Sequence record: MW812342.1
Direction: 5' to 3' (one strand)
DNA: 64,000 nucleotides
The notes beneath the pieces are model-generated. The model did no database searches, was not told the DNA's origin, and saw only the letters and a list, made by a program, of their open reading frames with translations. The position numbers and the translations under genes were made by a program. Positions 36,720 to 46,874 of the stretch are shown here, piece after piece (within the stretch, counting starts at the first letter, position 1; each line of letters begins with the position of its first letter).

Positions 36720-39700
36720 ATGCTTCTCATCAAACAATTCAACCAGCGTTTCTCAGTGCGGCGCACCGACGAGTTCGGGAAACCGCGCATCATCCCGCTT
36801 GAGAAACTCCAGATCCCGCGTGGGTCTGTTTTCCACACGGTCGACCTTGACCAAGTGGTGCTGGCTCCGCCGGTGACCACGCCGTATTTTCAAGAGCTGG
36901 AGAAGCCTGCTCAGATTCGCCACCACTATCGTCTGCCGGAAGATGGGATTTCCGGTAAACCGATCCCGGTACCGGTACAGGGGCAAGAGCGTCAGATTCT
37001 GGCCTACCACCGCGCGAACCGCCGTTTCCGTCGTCTGACGGATGACACCTTAGTCCGCCGCGATCCAAAAGTGCTGCTCATCGAGAACTACACGCCGATG
37101 CTGCCGCACTACCGCTACCCTGACACCCTGCTGTCGTGGTACGATCGCCTGCGTAACATTCAGGTGTTGATTGCGAACCAGTTTAAGTACGACACCGCAG
37201 AGTATCTGCGTCAGAACTACATCATCGTTAACCTCGGTTCTACCTTGCCGTCGTTTGATAAGTTCAAAACCACGTACAACAACCGTATCAAGAACAAACT
37301 GGAGCACTTCCAGTCTATCGAGCTGCTGTGGCTGCTTGATCTGTTCGGTTGGGCACGCGGTGACCAGAAAGATACCCTGTTTGCAGGCATGGACATGACC
37401 CAACTGTCCCGCATGAACTTCATCTTCACCCACAACAGCGGCTTTACGTCGATGAACATGGGTGTGGTGGAACGTATGCGTAAGTCTGCCGGTGGCCGTT
37501 TAACCGATGATGTCATGTCACGTCACTTCTATCGCACGCTGATTCAAGTGATGACCACCCAACCGTCAGACAAGTTCGAAACCGAATTTGTGACGCCGGA
37601 AGGGGAAGAACAGACTGTCATGCACGATGTTGAAAACGACGACATTGTGGAAGGGTCTGACGACATCACCGACGAAGATATCGTCAACGATGAACCAGTT
37701 GTGAATGATGATGACGTGGACTTTGACACCAACGAAGACTTGGTGATTGAAGCGCCGAAAGAAGACATCAAGCCGACCACCATCGTCGTTGAGAAAACCA
37801 TTGATCACGCGGCAGTGATTAAGCAAGAAGTCGAGAAGTTAGCCGAGGCAGGACGTGTCACTGCGAAAGCGTACAAGTTCCTGAACGAATCTAACCAACG
37901 CTTCAACCAATTGCCGAACCCGTACAACCCGAAAGAGACGTACGAGCAAGCGTTAACGTATTCGGTGAAAGACATTGAAGTCAAGCCGAAGAAAACGCTG
38001 GTTAAACCACTGGTAACGACCGAAGACTGGACGCAGTCAACTGTTGATGCCATCGACAAGCAGTACAACAGCGTCGTGTTGCCGAAAGACATCCTGTCTG
38101 CTGTTGCGTCTTCCCAGCGTTTAGGGATGGCGATTCATGACCACAAAGTGGAGAAAGAAGTTTCCGTTACCGGGAATATCGAACACCACACGGTTCGTCT
38201 TCAACCAATCGGCGGGGAGCCAGTAACGGTCCGTTTCCAGACTCCTGCATTGACCGAAGATGGAACGTGGATTGCGAATGGTACTGAATACACCATGCGC
38301 CGTCAACGTGTTGATTTACCGATTCGTAAAATTGATTTCGACACGGTCGCTTTAACCACTGCCTACGGTAAAAACTTTGTAAGGCGTAGCGATAAGGTTG
38401 CAAACGACTACGGTCGTTGGTTGACCAACGCGATTATCGTGCAGGCGGTTGACCCGAAAAACACCAGCGTCACCGATGCTAAATTGGCAAACGTGTTCGA
38501 CCCGCTCAATACCCTACCGCGACAATACACCATGGTTGCGCGTCGTGTGTCGAGTTTCAACGCCATGGGTTATCAGTGGAACTTCGATTCGAAGAAACTC
38601 AATGAGTTCTTCGGCGAAGAGGGCGTGAAGAATCTGGAAGCGAAAGAACTGTTGCCGGTTGCGAAGATGCGTGGGAATAAGTTTATCGGGATGGATGAGA
38701 ACTCGCAACTCTATAAAGTCGACGGCGACAAGATGGAACCGCAGGGTGACCTGGCCGACTTCTTAGGGGTGGATGCGTCGAAGTCTCCACGCGAGATGAC
38801 CGAGTTGTCATTGATGGGTACATCGTTGACACTGGGCTTTATCTTCTCCTACTACCTCGGCCTTACCGGGATGCTCAAACACTTCGGGATTCGTTACGAG
38901 GTGTTGCCGCCGGGTAACCGCATCGATAAAACGCTGTACGATTCTGTTATTCGTTTAGCAGACTCGAAAATTGTAGTGATTTGTGACAATGACAAACAAC
39001 GGATGATTGTCAATGGTCTGGATAAGTATCTGAAACTCCTGACCACCTACACGGAATCGGAAGTCGATCGTGAAGACATTTACCTGAACTTGATTCGGGA
39101 TGCAGATGGCCTGACACCACGGTACATCAATGAGCTTCGATTAATGCGGACCGCGTTCGTCGATGACATGCACGCTCGTATCCTCAGGAAGATGGGGGAA
39201 CCGGAAACCTTTATCGGGTTGTTAGAACGCGCGAACGAAATGCTGCTGACTGACTACACGAAACCGGAAATCAACGGCGATGAAATGATGTTCGTCGGCA
39301 ACCAACGTATTGCGTATCATGTCTACACGGCAATGGTGCGGGCAATGCGTAACTATCAAAACGCACCGGGCAGTAACCGTCGCTTTGAATTGAGTCAGGA
39401 TATGGTGTGGGGCGCTATTAACTCTGACCCAAGTGTGTTGTTGGCACCGGGCGCAAACCCGGTTCAGTGCACCAAAGAAAAAGACGTTGTTACCATGGGC
39501 GGGACGGGCGGTCGTAACCGTAAGACGATGGTGTATCATACGCGTGAGTTCCAAGAATCTGACTTGGGCATCGTGTCGGGTAACACAGTCGATAACGGGG
39601 ACGTTGGTATTACTGCCTTCCTGACCAACAACCCGCGCTTTGATACGGTTGACGGCACCACCTTCATTCGCAGTAAAGAGGGTGAAGATCACAAACCGGG

Positions 39701-40907
39701 TGAGGTGCTGTCATTTATCGATGGTCTCGTACCGGACACGCTGATGGATGATGCGAAGCGTCAAAACTTCGTGGGTATCCAATACGGTTCGACCACAACG
39801 GTCGTGGGGGCAATGGTACCACCTTATCGAACTGAACAGGAGAAAGCGGCTGCGCATCGTACGTCTGTGAAGCACGCCCGTGGTATCGATAAGCCGGGTA
39901 AAATTGTGATGAAGACGGATGAGTTTATCCGTATCAAATACGACGATGGTGAAGAGGAAACCTTCCAACTGGGTCGCTGGTATGGGGCGCATGAAGGTAC
40001 CTATTACCCGCACACGGTTATCAGTAAATGGAAGCAGGGAGACAAACTGCCTGCGGGGTCTATCATCACCTTTAATGGTGATCACTTCGAACCGGATCTC
40101 TACGATCCAACTCAGGTTTGCTTGAAAGAATCTATTCTGGCTAATGTCGCGTTGATTGAAGCGGAAGAGGTTATTGAAGACTCGAATGCGATTAGTGAGC
40201 GGTTCGCTGCGAAAGCACAGTCTGATGTGACCAAAATCAAAGAAGTCACGATTGGCTTTAACCAGAACATGATGGAAATGGTGAAAGAAGGCGACCATGT
40301 AGATGTGGAGTCAATTCTATGCACCTTCAGCGACAACCTGAACGACGATATGAGCGGCTTCAGTAAAGAAGCAGCCCAAACCCTGTACGAACTCAGTTCG
40401 TTCTCACCGCAAGCCGGTGTGCGGGGACACGTCGATAAAATCGAAGTGGTTTACCATGGTGACCCAGAAGACCTGACTCCATCGCTGAAAACGTTGGTGA
40501 ATGGGAAAGACCGTCAACGTCGTAAACTGGCAAACGCACTGGGCAAGGACATTCCAACGTCCGGTAGCGTGAATGGGGATTACCGTGTCGACGGTGTGCC
40601 GCTGGCGTACAACACGTTGTGTGTGAAGTTCTATATCACACACCGAGTGGGTATGGCGGCTGCTGACAAAATGGTTATCGCTAACCAGTTGAAAACAACG
40701 GTACAAGAATTGATGCGCGGTGAAAACTACACTGAACGTGGAGAGGAACTGGACATCATCTTTGGCCGTAACTCGGTGGATGCCCGTATCGTAGGTTCAC
40801 TGATGCGTATCGGAACATGTAACGCCGCTGGTTTCCATGGCGGTCTTTGTGTCGGGAAGATTTTAGACGGTGAGGCCGTTCCTGAACTCCCTGCTAAAAT
40901 CAAATAA
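36720..40907 (+). CDS. rpoB: Virion RNA polymerase beta subunit, N-terminal part (phiKZ gp178 / SPN3US gp241-like)
   Basis: 1395 aa; WIANGTEY..RRQR, GGTGGR, DDAKRQNF, EDS..ISE, DKMVIANQLKTTV, DIIFG..SVDARIV RpoB-like motifs. Confidence 0.92.
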   Translation: MLLIKQFNQRFSVRRTDEFGKPRIIPLEKLQIPRGSVFHTVDLDQVVLAPPVTTPYFQELEKPAQIRHHYRLPEDGISGKPIPVPVQGQERQILAYHRANRRFRRLTDDTLVRRDPKVLLIENYTPMLPHYRYPDTLLSWYDRLRNIQVLIANQFKYDTAEYLRQNYIIVNLGSTLPSFDKFKTTYNNRIKNKLEHFQSIELLWLLDLFGWARGDQKDTLFAGMDMTQLSRMNFIFTHNSGFTSMNMGVVERMRKSAGGRLTDDVMSRHFYRTLIQVMTTQPSDKFETEFVTPEGEEQTVMHDVENDDIVEGSDDITDEDIVNDEPVVNDDDVDFDTNEDLVIEAPKEDIKPTTIVVEKTIDHAAVIKQEVEKLAEAGRVTAKAYKFLNESNQRFNQLPNPYNPKETYEQALTYSVKDIEVKPKKTLVKPLVTTEDWTQSTVDAIDKQYNSVVLPKDILSAVASSQRLGMAIHDHKVEKEVSVTGNIEHHTVRLQPIGGEPVTVRFQTPALTEDGTWIANGTEYTMRRQRVDLPIRKIDFDTVALTTAYGKNFVRRSDKVANDYGRWLTNAIIVQAVDPKNTSVTDAKLANVFDPLNTLPRQYTMVARRVSSFNAMGYQWNFDSKKLNEFFGEEGVKNLEAKELLPVAKMRGNKFIGMDENSQLYKVDGDKMEPQGDLADFLGVDASKSPREMTELSLMGTSLTLGFIFSYYLGLTGMLKHFGIRYEVLPPGNRIDKTLYDSVIRLADSKIVVICDNDKQRMIVNGLDKYLKLLTTYTESEVDREDIYLNLIRDADGLTPRYINELRLMRTAFVDDMHARILRKMGEPETFIGLLERANEMLLTDYTKPEINGDEMMFVGNQRIAYHVYTAMVRAMRNYQNAPGSNRRFELSQDMVWGAINSDPSVLLAPGANPVQCTKEKDVVTMGGTGGRNRKTMVYHTREFQESDLGIVSGNTVDNGDVGITAFLTNNPRFDTVDGTTFIRSKEGEDHKPGEVLSFIDGLVPDTLMDDAKRQNFVGIQYGSTTTVVGAMVPPYRTEQEKAAAHRTSVKHARGIDKPGKIVMKTDEFIRIKYDDGEEETFQLGRWYGAHEGTYYPHTVISKWKQGDKLPAGSIITFNGDHFEPDLYDPTQVCLKESILANVALIEAEEVIEDSNAISERFAAKAQSDVTKIKEVTIGFNQNMMEMVKEGDHVDVESILCTFSDNLNDDMSGFSKEAAQTLYELSSFSPQAGVRGHVDKIEVVYHGDPEDLTPSLKTLVNGKDRQRRKLANALGKDIPTSGSVNGDYRVDGVPLAYNTLCVKFYITHRVGMAAADKMVIANQLKTTVQELMRGENYTERGEELDIIFGRNSVDARIVGSLMRIGTCNAAGFHGGLCVGKILDGEAVPELPAKIK

Positions 40908-40953
40908 CACTCTGGGCGGGTCGCTACCGCCCAGTCAAACTCCGGAGTAAGGT

Positions 40954-41247
40954 ATGTCAATTTTAGAACAAATCCGTATGCGCCACAATTTGCCGGTCAC
41001 CGACAATGTGCAGTCGCAAGAGACGGACAGCTTTTCACCGGTGCAACGCATGAATGCGATTACACTGGCCAATGCCGTGGAACTGACCACGGAAGTTATC
41101 CACGGGTTAATGCGTGGGAATAACGGCCTCGATGGTCACATGGGCGAGCAGCGTTTGCTCAAGCGTGATATTGCCGACATGGTCGGTGGTCGTCTGGCAG
41201 GTCGTGTGCAGGATGTTATCAGCACCGTGAAGGGGAACAACCAATGA
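40954..41247 (+). CDS. Small conserved virion-operon protein (SPN3US gp242-like)
   Basis: 97 aa between the RNAP beta and head protein genes; RBS GGAG. Confidence 0.75.
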   Translation: MSILEQIRMRHNLPVTDNVQSQETDSFSPVQRMNAITLANAVELTTEVIHGLMRGNNGLDGHMGEQRLLKRDIADMVGGRLAGRVQDVISTVKGNNQ

Positions 41248-42707
41248 TCAATCTGTACTCTGTTAACGCCACTACCAACGCCATGCGTTTGCTGAAACAG
41301 GCAAGCCTGCGTTTAAGTGCGGATGAAGGTTCTCCGATCGCGCTGCTGAACAAAGCCACGAATCAAGGGTCGGTGTTTGACTCTGCCATCACTGATGAGC
41401 AGTTCTTCCAAACCCTGCCGCAAATCACGGCGCTGCGTCAGCCTGCGCACGGCACAGGCGAAGACAACGTTGTCGTTGATACAGCTGCCGGTGCAGAATC
41501 TATTCGTGTGGAAGACCACGAACCGACCCTGTACGAACTGAAGCGCATGATCAGTCAGCGTTGTGCGGGGATGCTGGACTTCTCCCGTAACGTGATTCAG
41601 CCGTTTGTGCAGGATGTGTTGAAGAACAACCAGATTGCGCCGGTGCAGGAAGTAAAAGAAGATTGGCAGCTGGTTCCGGTGGATACCGATCCGTGCATCA
41701 ACGAACCTATCGTGCAAGCGCTGATTAACAAACTGGACAACCCGACCGGTCTGGGCTTCTCGCACGAAGCACTGGATGTGAGCGTGCCGGATGTGATTGA
41801 CCTGCCTGAAACGGGTCGTAAGACCTTTGACCAGTTGGTGAGCAAACTGCTGACCGAACTGGGGCTGTCCATGTCCGAAGCGATGCGTACGCTGTGTGCA
41901 GGTAATGCGGTTGTACCGAACTCGGCACAGGCTCCGCATTACATGAAGCAGAACGTGCTGTTCCTGCTGCTCAGCGCGTACTTCCTGGAGAACCCGTGGG
42001 CAAACTCCGGCGTCAGCGTTGACCGCTGGAAAGCCCAGTTCACCAAAGCACACTACAGCTATTGCGGTTGGGTGTACCTGTACGCCGAAGCCGTTGTGGT
42101 GCGCACCAAACTCGGTAACATCGTTTACTCTTACGATGCCAACGACAAGAAAGTGTACATCTGTCAGGAAGCGCTGGATAGCTACCTGAACGAAAACGGC
42201 ACAGTTGAAGCGCTGTTGGGTGCACTCTATCTGCTGGATGATGGGGACACTTCGGCATCAACCAACAAGCAGTCGCTGTTGGAGAAGCAGGATGCGTATG
42301 TGGCCGCGTGGGATCGTCGCAGCTCCATTCGTCGTATGGCTGCCGATACCGATTGGTTGACCACTAACCGTCAGGCGCTGAAGACAGCGTTTAATCTGTC
42401 CATCGATACCCTCGATCCGGATTACCTGTCCTCTATCGGCGAAAACAAAAAGCTGACCCCGGCGGAAGCGAAGCTGGCGTGTGCGTCGTCTATCGACCAC
42501 CTGTTCAATCGCAGCACCACCGACATCACCGCATTCATTATTCGTACTGCGTGCTGTGAAGTGTTTGGTGAGTATGAACTTTCCAATCTGATGCTCTCTA
42601 TCCACGAAGGCATGATTGAAGGTCAGAAACCGGACGCGGTTGCCTCAACGTGGATTACCAACTACGTTCTGGATTGGCTGTTACAGGGTGTGCTGATCGA
42701 AGAATAA
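41244..42707 (+). CDS. Virion head/ejection protein (phiKZ gp177 / SPN3US gp243-like)
   Basis: 487 aa; assigned by recalled synteny in the RNAP-protease operon. Confidence 0.65.
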   Translation: MINLYSVNATTNAMRLLKQASLRLSADEGSPIALLNKATNQGSVFDSAITDEQFFQTLPQITALRQPAHGTGEDNVVVDTAAGAESIRVEDHEPTLYELKRMISQRCAGMLDFSRNVIQPFVQDVLKNNQIAPVQEVKEDWQLVPVDTDPCINEPIVQALINKLDNPTGLGFSHEALDVSVPDVIDLPETGRKTFDQLVSKLLTELGLSMSEAMRTLCAGNAVVPNSAQAPHYMKQNVLFLLLSAYFLENPWANSGVSVDRWKAQFTKAHYSYCGWVYLYAEAVVVRTKLGNIVYSYDANDKKVYICQEALDSYLNENGTVEALLGALYLLDDGDTSASTNKQSLLEKQDAYVAAWDRRSSIRRMAADTDWLTTNRQALKTAFNLSIDTLDPDYLSSIGENKKLTPAEAKLACASSIDHLFNRSTTDITAFIIRTACCEVFGEYELSNLMLSIHEGMIEGQKPDAVASTWITNYVLDWLLQGVLIEE

Positions 42708-42720
42708 CGGAGGGTGTGGC

Positions 42721-43443
42721 ATGAGTGCCATTGAAACCGCACGCCGCGATCCGCGAAAGATCCATGCTGACTTGGTCGACGAGGGCACCGCCACAATTAC
42801 CAAAGGGGGATGTTATCTTTACATCCCTGTTGGGTACACCTCGAAAGAACTGGCGTTCATTTCTTCAACGATTGAAATCGTGGGGATGTTCGCCATTTCG
42901 ACTGACCGTAAAACGTACGGTGTCTCGAACGTCACGACGTTTATTGAGATTACACCGTCTTCGTTTGAAGAAGTGGATGTTGCAGGCGAGCCTTACTACG
43001 AGTTCCGCTTTGACCCCGGTACGGTTGTGTTCCCGAACCGTATGTTACAAGTGGTTTCCAACCCGGTGTATAACATCGCCTCCTACGTATACGACTTTGG
43101 TAACCGTCCGTTTTGGTTTACCATCGTAGACGATGCTGAGCTGTTGTCCGATGCACCGCTGTGGAATGGTTTTCGGGTCTTTGCTGACCAGATAACCGCA
43201 GACTGTTACGCGGCACACACCCAACGCAAGAAAGGTGACCCCCGTACATTCTTCCGTTATACGCTGAAAAAAGACAGCGATATGTTTGGTCCCGTCCAGT
43301 ACATCCCTCTTCGAGATGGTTCGCTTAACAAAACCTCTCGACTGGCGAAGCTCGCTGACGTAGAGCTGAAACGCGGGATTCGTTCTGCGCTCAGTGTCGA
43401 TCCGATTCGTGCTGAACCGCTTGAGGATCTCTTCATGAGATAA
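42721..43443 (+). CDS. Virion RNAP-associated subunit (phiKZ gp176 / SPN3US gp244-like)
   Basis: 240 aa immediately upstream of the protease; RD..KI...L, I.IP..Y..K.LA and E.LL-type end are recalled family features. Confidence 0.65.
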   Translation: MSAIETARRDPRKIHADLVDEGTATITKGGCYLYIPVGYTSKELAFISSTIEIVGMFAISTDRKTYGVSNVTTFIEITPSSFEEVDVAGEPYYEFRFDPGTVVFPNRMLQVVSNPVYNIASYVYDFGNRPFWFTIVDDAELLSDAPLWNGFRVFADQITADCYAAHTQRKKGDPRTFFRYTLKKDSDMFGPVQYIPLRDGSLNKTSRLAKLADVELKRGIRSALSVDPIRAEPLEDLFMR

Positions 43444-43499
43444 TGGGTAACGGCACTTTGCCGGTGCCGTTATTCACCGACAATTAACTGGGGTAAAAA

Positions 43500-44306
43500 A
43501 TGGATTCGAATTTAACCATGCGTTACAACTGCGTAGCGCTTGCGGGGGTAAACAAAGGGCAGACGCTCCAGAAGGACGCGGACGGGTATTACTACGTTCT
43601 GCTGGGTGCGTTGAACATTTTCAACTCGGAAGGTATCTTCTACGCGTTTAACGAATCGAAGCACGTCTTCGACCGCTCAAGCGTGTTCATGCGCAAGGTA
43701 CAAGCCGGTAACCTGTTTGGTGAAGAAGACCACCCGCCATTTGAGCCGGGGATGTCGGAAGCCCAATGGATTGAACGCAACGAATGGATTGAAACCAAAA
43801 ACGTTGCCATGCACATTCGTGAAGTCGAGTTAAAACCGACCGACCAGGTGTGTAACGGCATGCCGGTGGTGGAAATCTGGGGCTGGATTAAACCGAACCG
43901 CGATCGTGGTCCGTATCTGGCTGAGGCATTGGAGAACCCACACCAGAACGTGTGCTTCTCTCTGCGTGCCATCGTTCGTGAAGGGCGTATTGGTGGTACC
44001 CTGTGTCGTCGTATTGACCGTATGGTCACCTTCGACTGGGTTATCGAAGACGGCCTGCAAATCTGCAACAAATACTCGGCGATAGAGCGCGGCAGTAAAG
44101 TTGCCCGTGAAAGTACCCGTACGTTTGTTGACCGTCCTATCCATCGTCGTACGTTGGAAGAGATGGCCTTCAACCCGCATGCGACGTCTAAGATTGCGAC
44201 AGAGTCCCGTCGTGGTGCAGCACGTCAAATCGCACGCGAGTACCTGAACTATTCCGAGGCCCGTCCACATACGCGTGTTGTGGGGTTAGGGAAGGGGAGC
44301 TGGTAA
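43500..44306 (+). CDS. Prohead protease (phiKZ gp175 / SPN3US gp245-like)
   Basis: GYYYVLLGALNIFNS.G..Y, LFGEEDHP (catalytic His), FSLR (catalytic Ser), VTFDWV. Confidence 0.88.
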   Translation: MDSNLTMRYNCVALAGVNKGQTLQKDADGYYYVLLGALNIFNSEGIFYAFNESKHVFDRSSVFMRKVQAGNLFGEEDHPPFEPGMSEAQWIERNEWIETKNVAMHIREVELKPTDQVCNGMPVVEIWGWIKPNRDRGPYLAEALENPHQNVCFSLRAIVREGRIGGTLCRRIDRMVTFDWVIEDGLQICNKYSAIERGSKVARESTRTFVDRPIHRRTLEEMAFNPHATSKIATESRRGAARQIAREYLNYSEARPHTRVVGLGKGSW

Positions 44307-44921
44307 ATGGCTGAACATGATGCTTCCTTAGATAAGTGGTTTGAAAACCAGCTACCTCGTGTCGCGAAGAAACTCACGATAAAAGGGATAGAGACCCCAC
44401 CTTTACACATCGGCGGTAAGGTGCGTGTCTTTACACCGCGGTTGCCCAACAACCCGGCACCTGGGGAAGATCAGACCATTCCACGCGTTTGTTGTTCATT
44501 GACAATCATGAACTGTTGTGTGGGCGCTCGCCACAACTTTCAGTTCGCAAACGAAAACCCCCGGTTGTTCATCTATGCGTTCGATGAACGTAGCATTGTT
44601 CAGCCGTCCGTTGAGGTCACAAAGGAACCGAATCGGGCAGGGGAAGTTTGGATTGTTCCACACCGTATGGCTAACTGGGAAATCAAGCCTCGTGTGATTG
44701 GTGAGATGCGCCTGGCCAATATGGCGAAGGACTACACTGAATTGGACTATGTCCTGATGGTGTCCGAACCCACGGTATGGGAAAATGGCACGACATTGAA
44801 ACCCGACACGGCTTATCACTTCAAAGTGACATGGTCGCCAGAGTTTCGTTTTACGGAACCTAAAGCGGTGCCTGTGGATGTTTATCACGATGCCCTGAAT
44901 GCGTATACCGTCACCCGTTAA
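44307..44921 (+). CDS. Conserved phiKZ-like protein (gp174-like)
   Basis: FTPRLP, ED.TIPRVC, P.VE...E....GE.WIV motifs; adjacent to the protease. Confidence 0.65.
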   Translation: MAEHDASLDKWFENQLPRVAKKLTIKGIETPPLHIGGKVRVFTPRLPNNPAPGEDQTIPRVCCSLTIMNCCVGARHNFQFANENPRLFIYAFDERSIVQPSVEVTKEPNRAGEVWIVPHRMANWEIKPRVIGEMRLANMAKDYTELDYVLMVSEPTVWENGTTLKPDTAYHFKVTWSPEFRFTEPKAVPVDVYHDALNAYTVTR

Positions 44922-44969
44922 GTAAGTTCGTGGTCTGCAAATCACACTTACTACACTGGAGGCAGTAAC

Positions 44970-45266
44970 ATGAAAGCGGTAAACATTGTGATACCTCCTA
45001 GCCTTAACATGTTTTCCCCGGAAGAGTTGAGGGCAGTCGCCCTTCATGCGATTCAGGGAAGAGTGGGTAAAAACGTCTTAGCCGAAGTGTTGTCTGTACG
45101 GTTGGATACGAAGCGGAAGATCAATAATGTCATCGCATCGATCCCCCAGCAAGACCTCACGAATTTCTATCTCGACCTGCAAACAGCCGGTGCGACGATT
45201 GACTATAGCCGGACGTTCTTCTTACACACCGAGCTATACCGCCGTATTGTTACTGTGAAGCAGTAA
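44970..45266 (+). CDS. Hypothetical protein
   Basis: 98 aa, RBS GGAGG. Confidence 0.7.
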   Translation: MKAVNIVIPPSLNMFSPEELRAVALHAIQGRVGKNVLAEVLSVRLDTKRKINNVIASIPQQDLTNFYLDLQTAGATIDYSRTFFLHTELYRRIVTVKQ

Positions 45267-45269
45267 TAA

Positions 45270-45296
45270 AAAAATACAGCACTACATGTTTTTGTG
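45270..45296 (+). promoter_or_regulatory. Possible middle-class promoter variant AAAAATACA-N14-TGTG
   Basis: Same TAC-to-core spacing as the other copies; core 30 nt upstream of the nucleotidase. Confidence 0.4.
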
Positions 45297-45322
45297 CGGG
45301 GACTTTTTAAGGATAACAAGAA

Positions 45323-45880
45323 ATGATTTATTTGGATAGCGACGGCGTGTTCGCCGGTTGGCGCTTGTACGCACTGCCCAAATACTTTCCGACGATGACT
45401 TCACACGAGTTTAACAAACTGCCAGAACTGAAGCGCCGGGGGTTGATGCGAGACATGTATCAACAGGAGCCTAACCTCTTCTATAACCTGCCACCCAATA
45501 AAGCAATGATTCAAGTTCTTGAATTCATTGAGAAAGAATGCTTACCGTGGTCTATTCTAACCTCCGGGTCAGAAGATCACTTTGATCATGATTTGGTGGT
45601 AGATTGCAAAGAGCGCTGGTTTGATAAACACTTTGGTGTTCCAGCCGACAAAATCATCGTAACTGAAAACTCAGGAGCGAAGGCGGCGTTTGCGGGACGA
45701 GGGAAACTGCTTGTTGACGATTTCGGTCGCAATTGTCGCGAGTGGGCACTCAATGGTGGGACTGCATACTGGGTTCACACAGATGAACCGAACGTGCGGG
45801 ATCTTGTTCGCCACATTGGTGCTTTTGCAGAAGATCCTAACATGCTCTGTGGGTCTATCCTACAGATACAAGCCGGTTAG
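45323..45880 (+). CDS. HAD-superfamily 5'(3')-deoxyribonucleotidase (NT5C-like)
   Basis: MIYLDSDGV (motif I), ILTS (II), K..WF..HFG and K..FA (III), LLVDDFGRN..EW...GG (IV). Confidence 0.88.
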   Translation: MIYLDSDGVFAGWRLYALPKYFPTMTSHEFNKLPELKRRGLMRDMYQQEPNLFYNLPPNKAMIQVLEFIEKECLPWSILTSGSEDHFDHDLVVDCKERWFDKHFGVPADKIIVTENSGAKAAFAGRGKLLVDDFGRNCREWALNGGTAYWVHTDEPNVRDLVRHIGAFAEDPNMLCGSILQIQAG

Positions 45881-45935
45881 GTGTTAAGGTGGCCATCCCT
45901 CAAAAGGTGGCCACGTATTCTATATTTTTTTGGAT

Positions 45936-45952
45936 ATATATTACCTAGGTGA
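45936..45952 (+). promoter_or_regulatory. Putative early promoter ATATATTACC-N4-TGA
   Basis: Contains TATATTAC; follows a hairpin and T-tract; upstream of 45997. Confidence 0.75.
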
Positions 45953-45996
45953 ACTTGCATCCGTAAGTTTTTCAATCGACTATCAAGGAGTACATC

Positions 45997-46188
45997 ATGA
46001 GCGAATTATTACGCAGCTTTCTAAGATTGCATGACGGTTCCAAAGACGCTTGCAAGGCTTTCGAATCACAGTCCGCTATGGACGAGCGTGCAGTTCTGGT
46101 CAGGAAACTGGCGATTGCCGTAAACGACAAAGACACTGTACGTGAAACTGAAATCCGCAAACAACTTTTTGGGACTGTAAACAAATGA
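45997..46188 (+). CDS. Small hypothetical early protein
   Basis: 63 aa, RBS AAGGAG, ATGA overlap with the HD gene. Confidence 0.75.
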   Translation: MSELLRSFLRLHDGSKDACKAFESQSAMDERAVLVRKLAIAVNDKDTVRETEIRKQLFGTVNK

Positions 46189-46862
46189 ATCCACAAGACG
46201 TACGTAAACTGACCGAACAAGTTATCCGCCACTTCTACGATTTCTACCGTTACACGGATAGCGCCCATCGCATCGACCATATCCGTTCGGTTATCAGCAA
46301 TGTGATTCGCATCTGCTACACCAACGGTTGGCAAGAGCATCTCAAGCTGGCTATCATCGCTGCCGGTGCGCATGACATCTTCTCTACCAAAGAGCTGCGT
46401 GCTGAACACCACATCAAAGGCTTCACTTGGGTGCTGGATAATAAGCCGCTGCTGATGCGGAAATATAAACTGACCTCGGATGAGTGTTACACTATCGCGT
46501 ATGCGGTGATGGAACACCGAGGGAGTTTCAAAGGGAACTACAACAGCATCGTCTCGGAGATTGTGGCGGCTGCTGACCGTGGGATTCCGTCTAAGGATGA
46601 TGTGACCAACTACATCAGTCGCAGCTACTTGTATGCGCGCGACAACTTAGAGAAAAGTGTTTCGAATGCGAAGTTCCACGCTGTGGCTCACATTCAGGAT
46701 AAGTTTGGACGCAACGCGTATGCGAAGGTTCCAGACTGGTACAACGATATGTTCGCCAGAGAGCTGGCTGAACGTCGTGACATTATCGACATGCTCGATA
46801 TCGACTTCTTTACACCAGACCTGGTGGAAGATTTAGAAAGTAAACTCAATAACAACCCGTAA
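46185..46862 (+). CDS. HD-domain phosphohydrolase
   Basis: DSAHRIDH, AAGAHDI, EHH, EHRGS, AAADRG (H...HD...D signature). Confidence 0.85.
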   Translation: MNPQDVRKLTEQVIRHFYDFYRYTDSAHRIDHIRSVISNVIRICYTNGWQEHLKLAIIAAGAHDIFSTKELRAEHHIKGFTWVLDNKPLLMRKYKLTSDECYTIAYAVMEHRGSFKGNYNSIVSEIVAAADRGIPSKDDVTNYISRSYLYARDNLEKSVSNAKFHAVAHIQDKFGRNAYAKVPDWYNDMFARELAERRDIIDMLDIDFFTPDLVEDLESKLNNNP

Positions 46863-46874
46863 GGATTATCAAAG

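Noticed and set aside
35086-40907. Intron, intein or homing endonuclease in the RNAP, terminase or thyA genes
   Set aside because: All are continuous ORFs of expected size; no HNH/GIY-YIG/LAGLIDADG motif or intein C...HN signature was seen.
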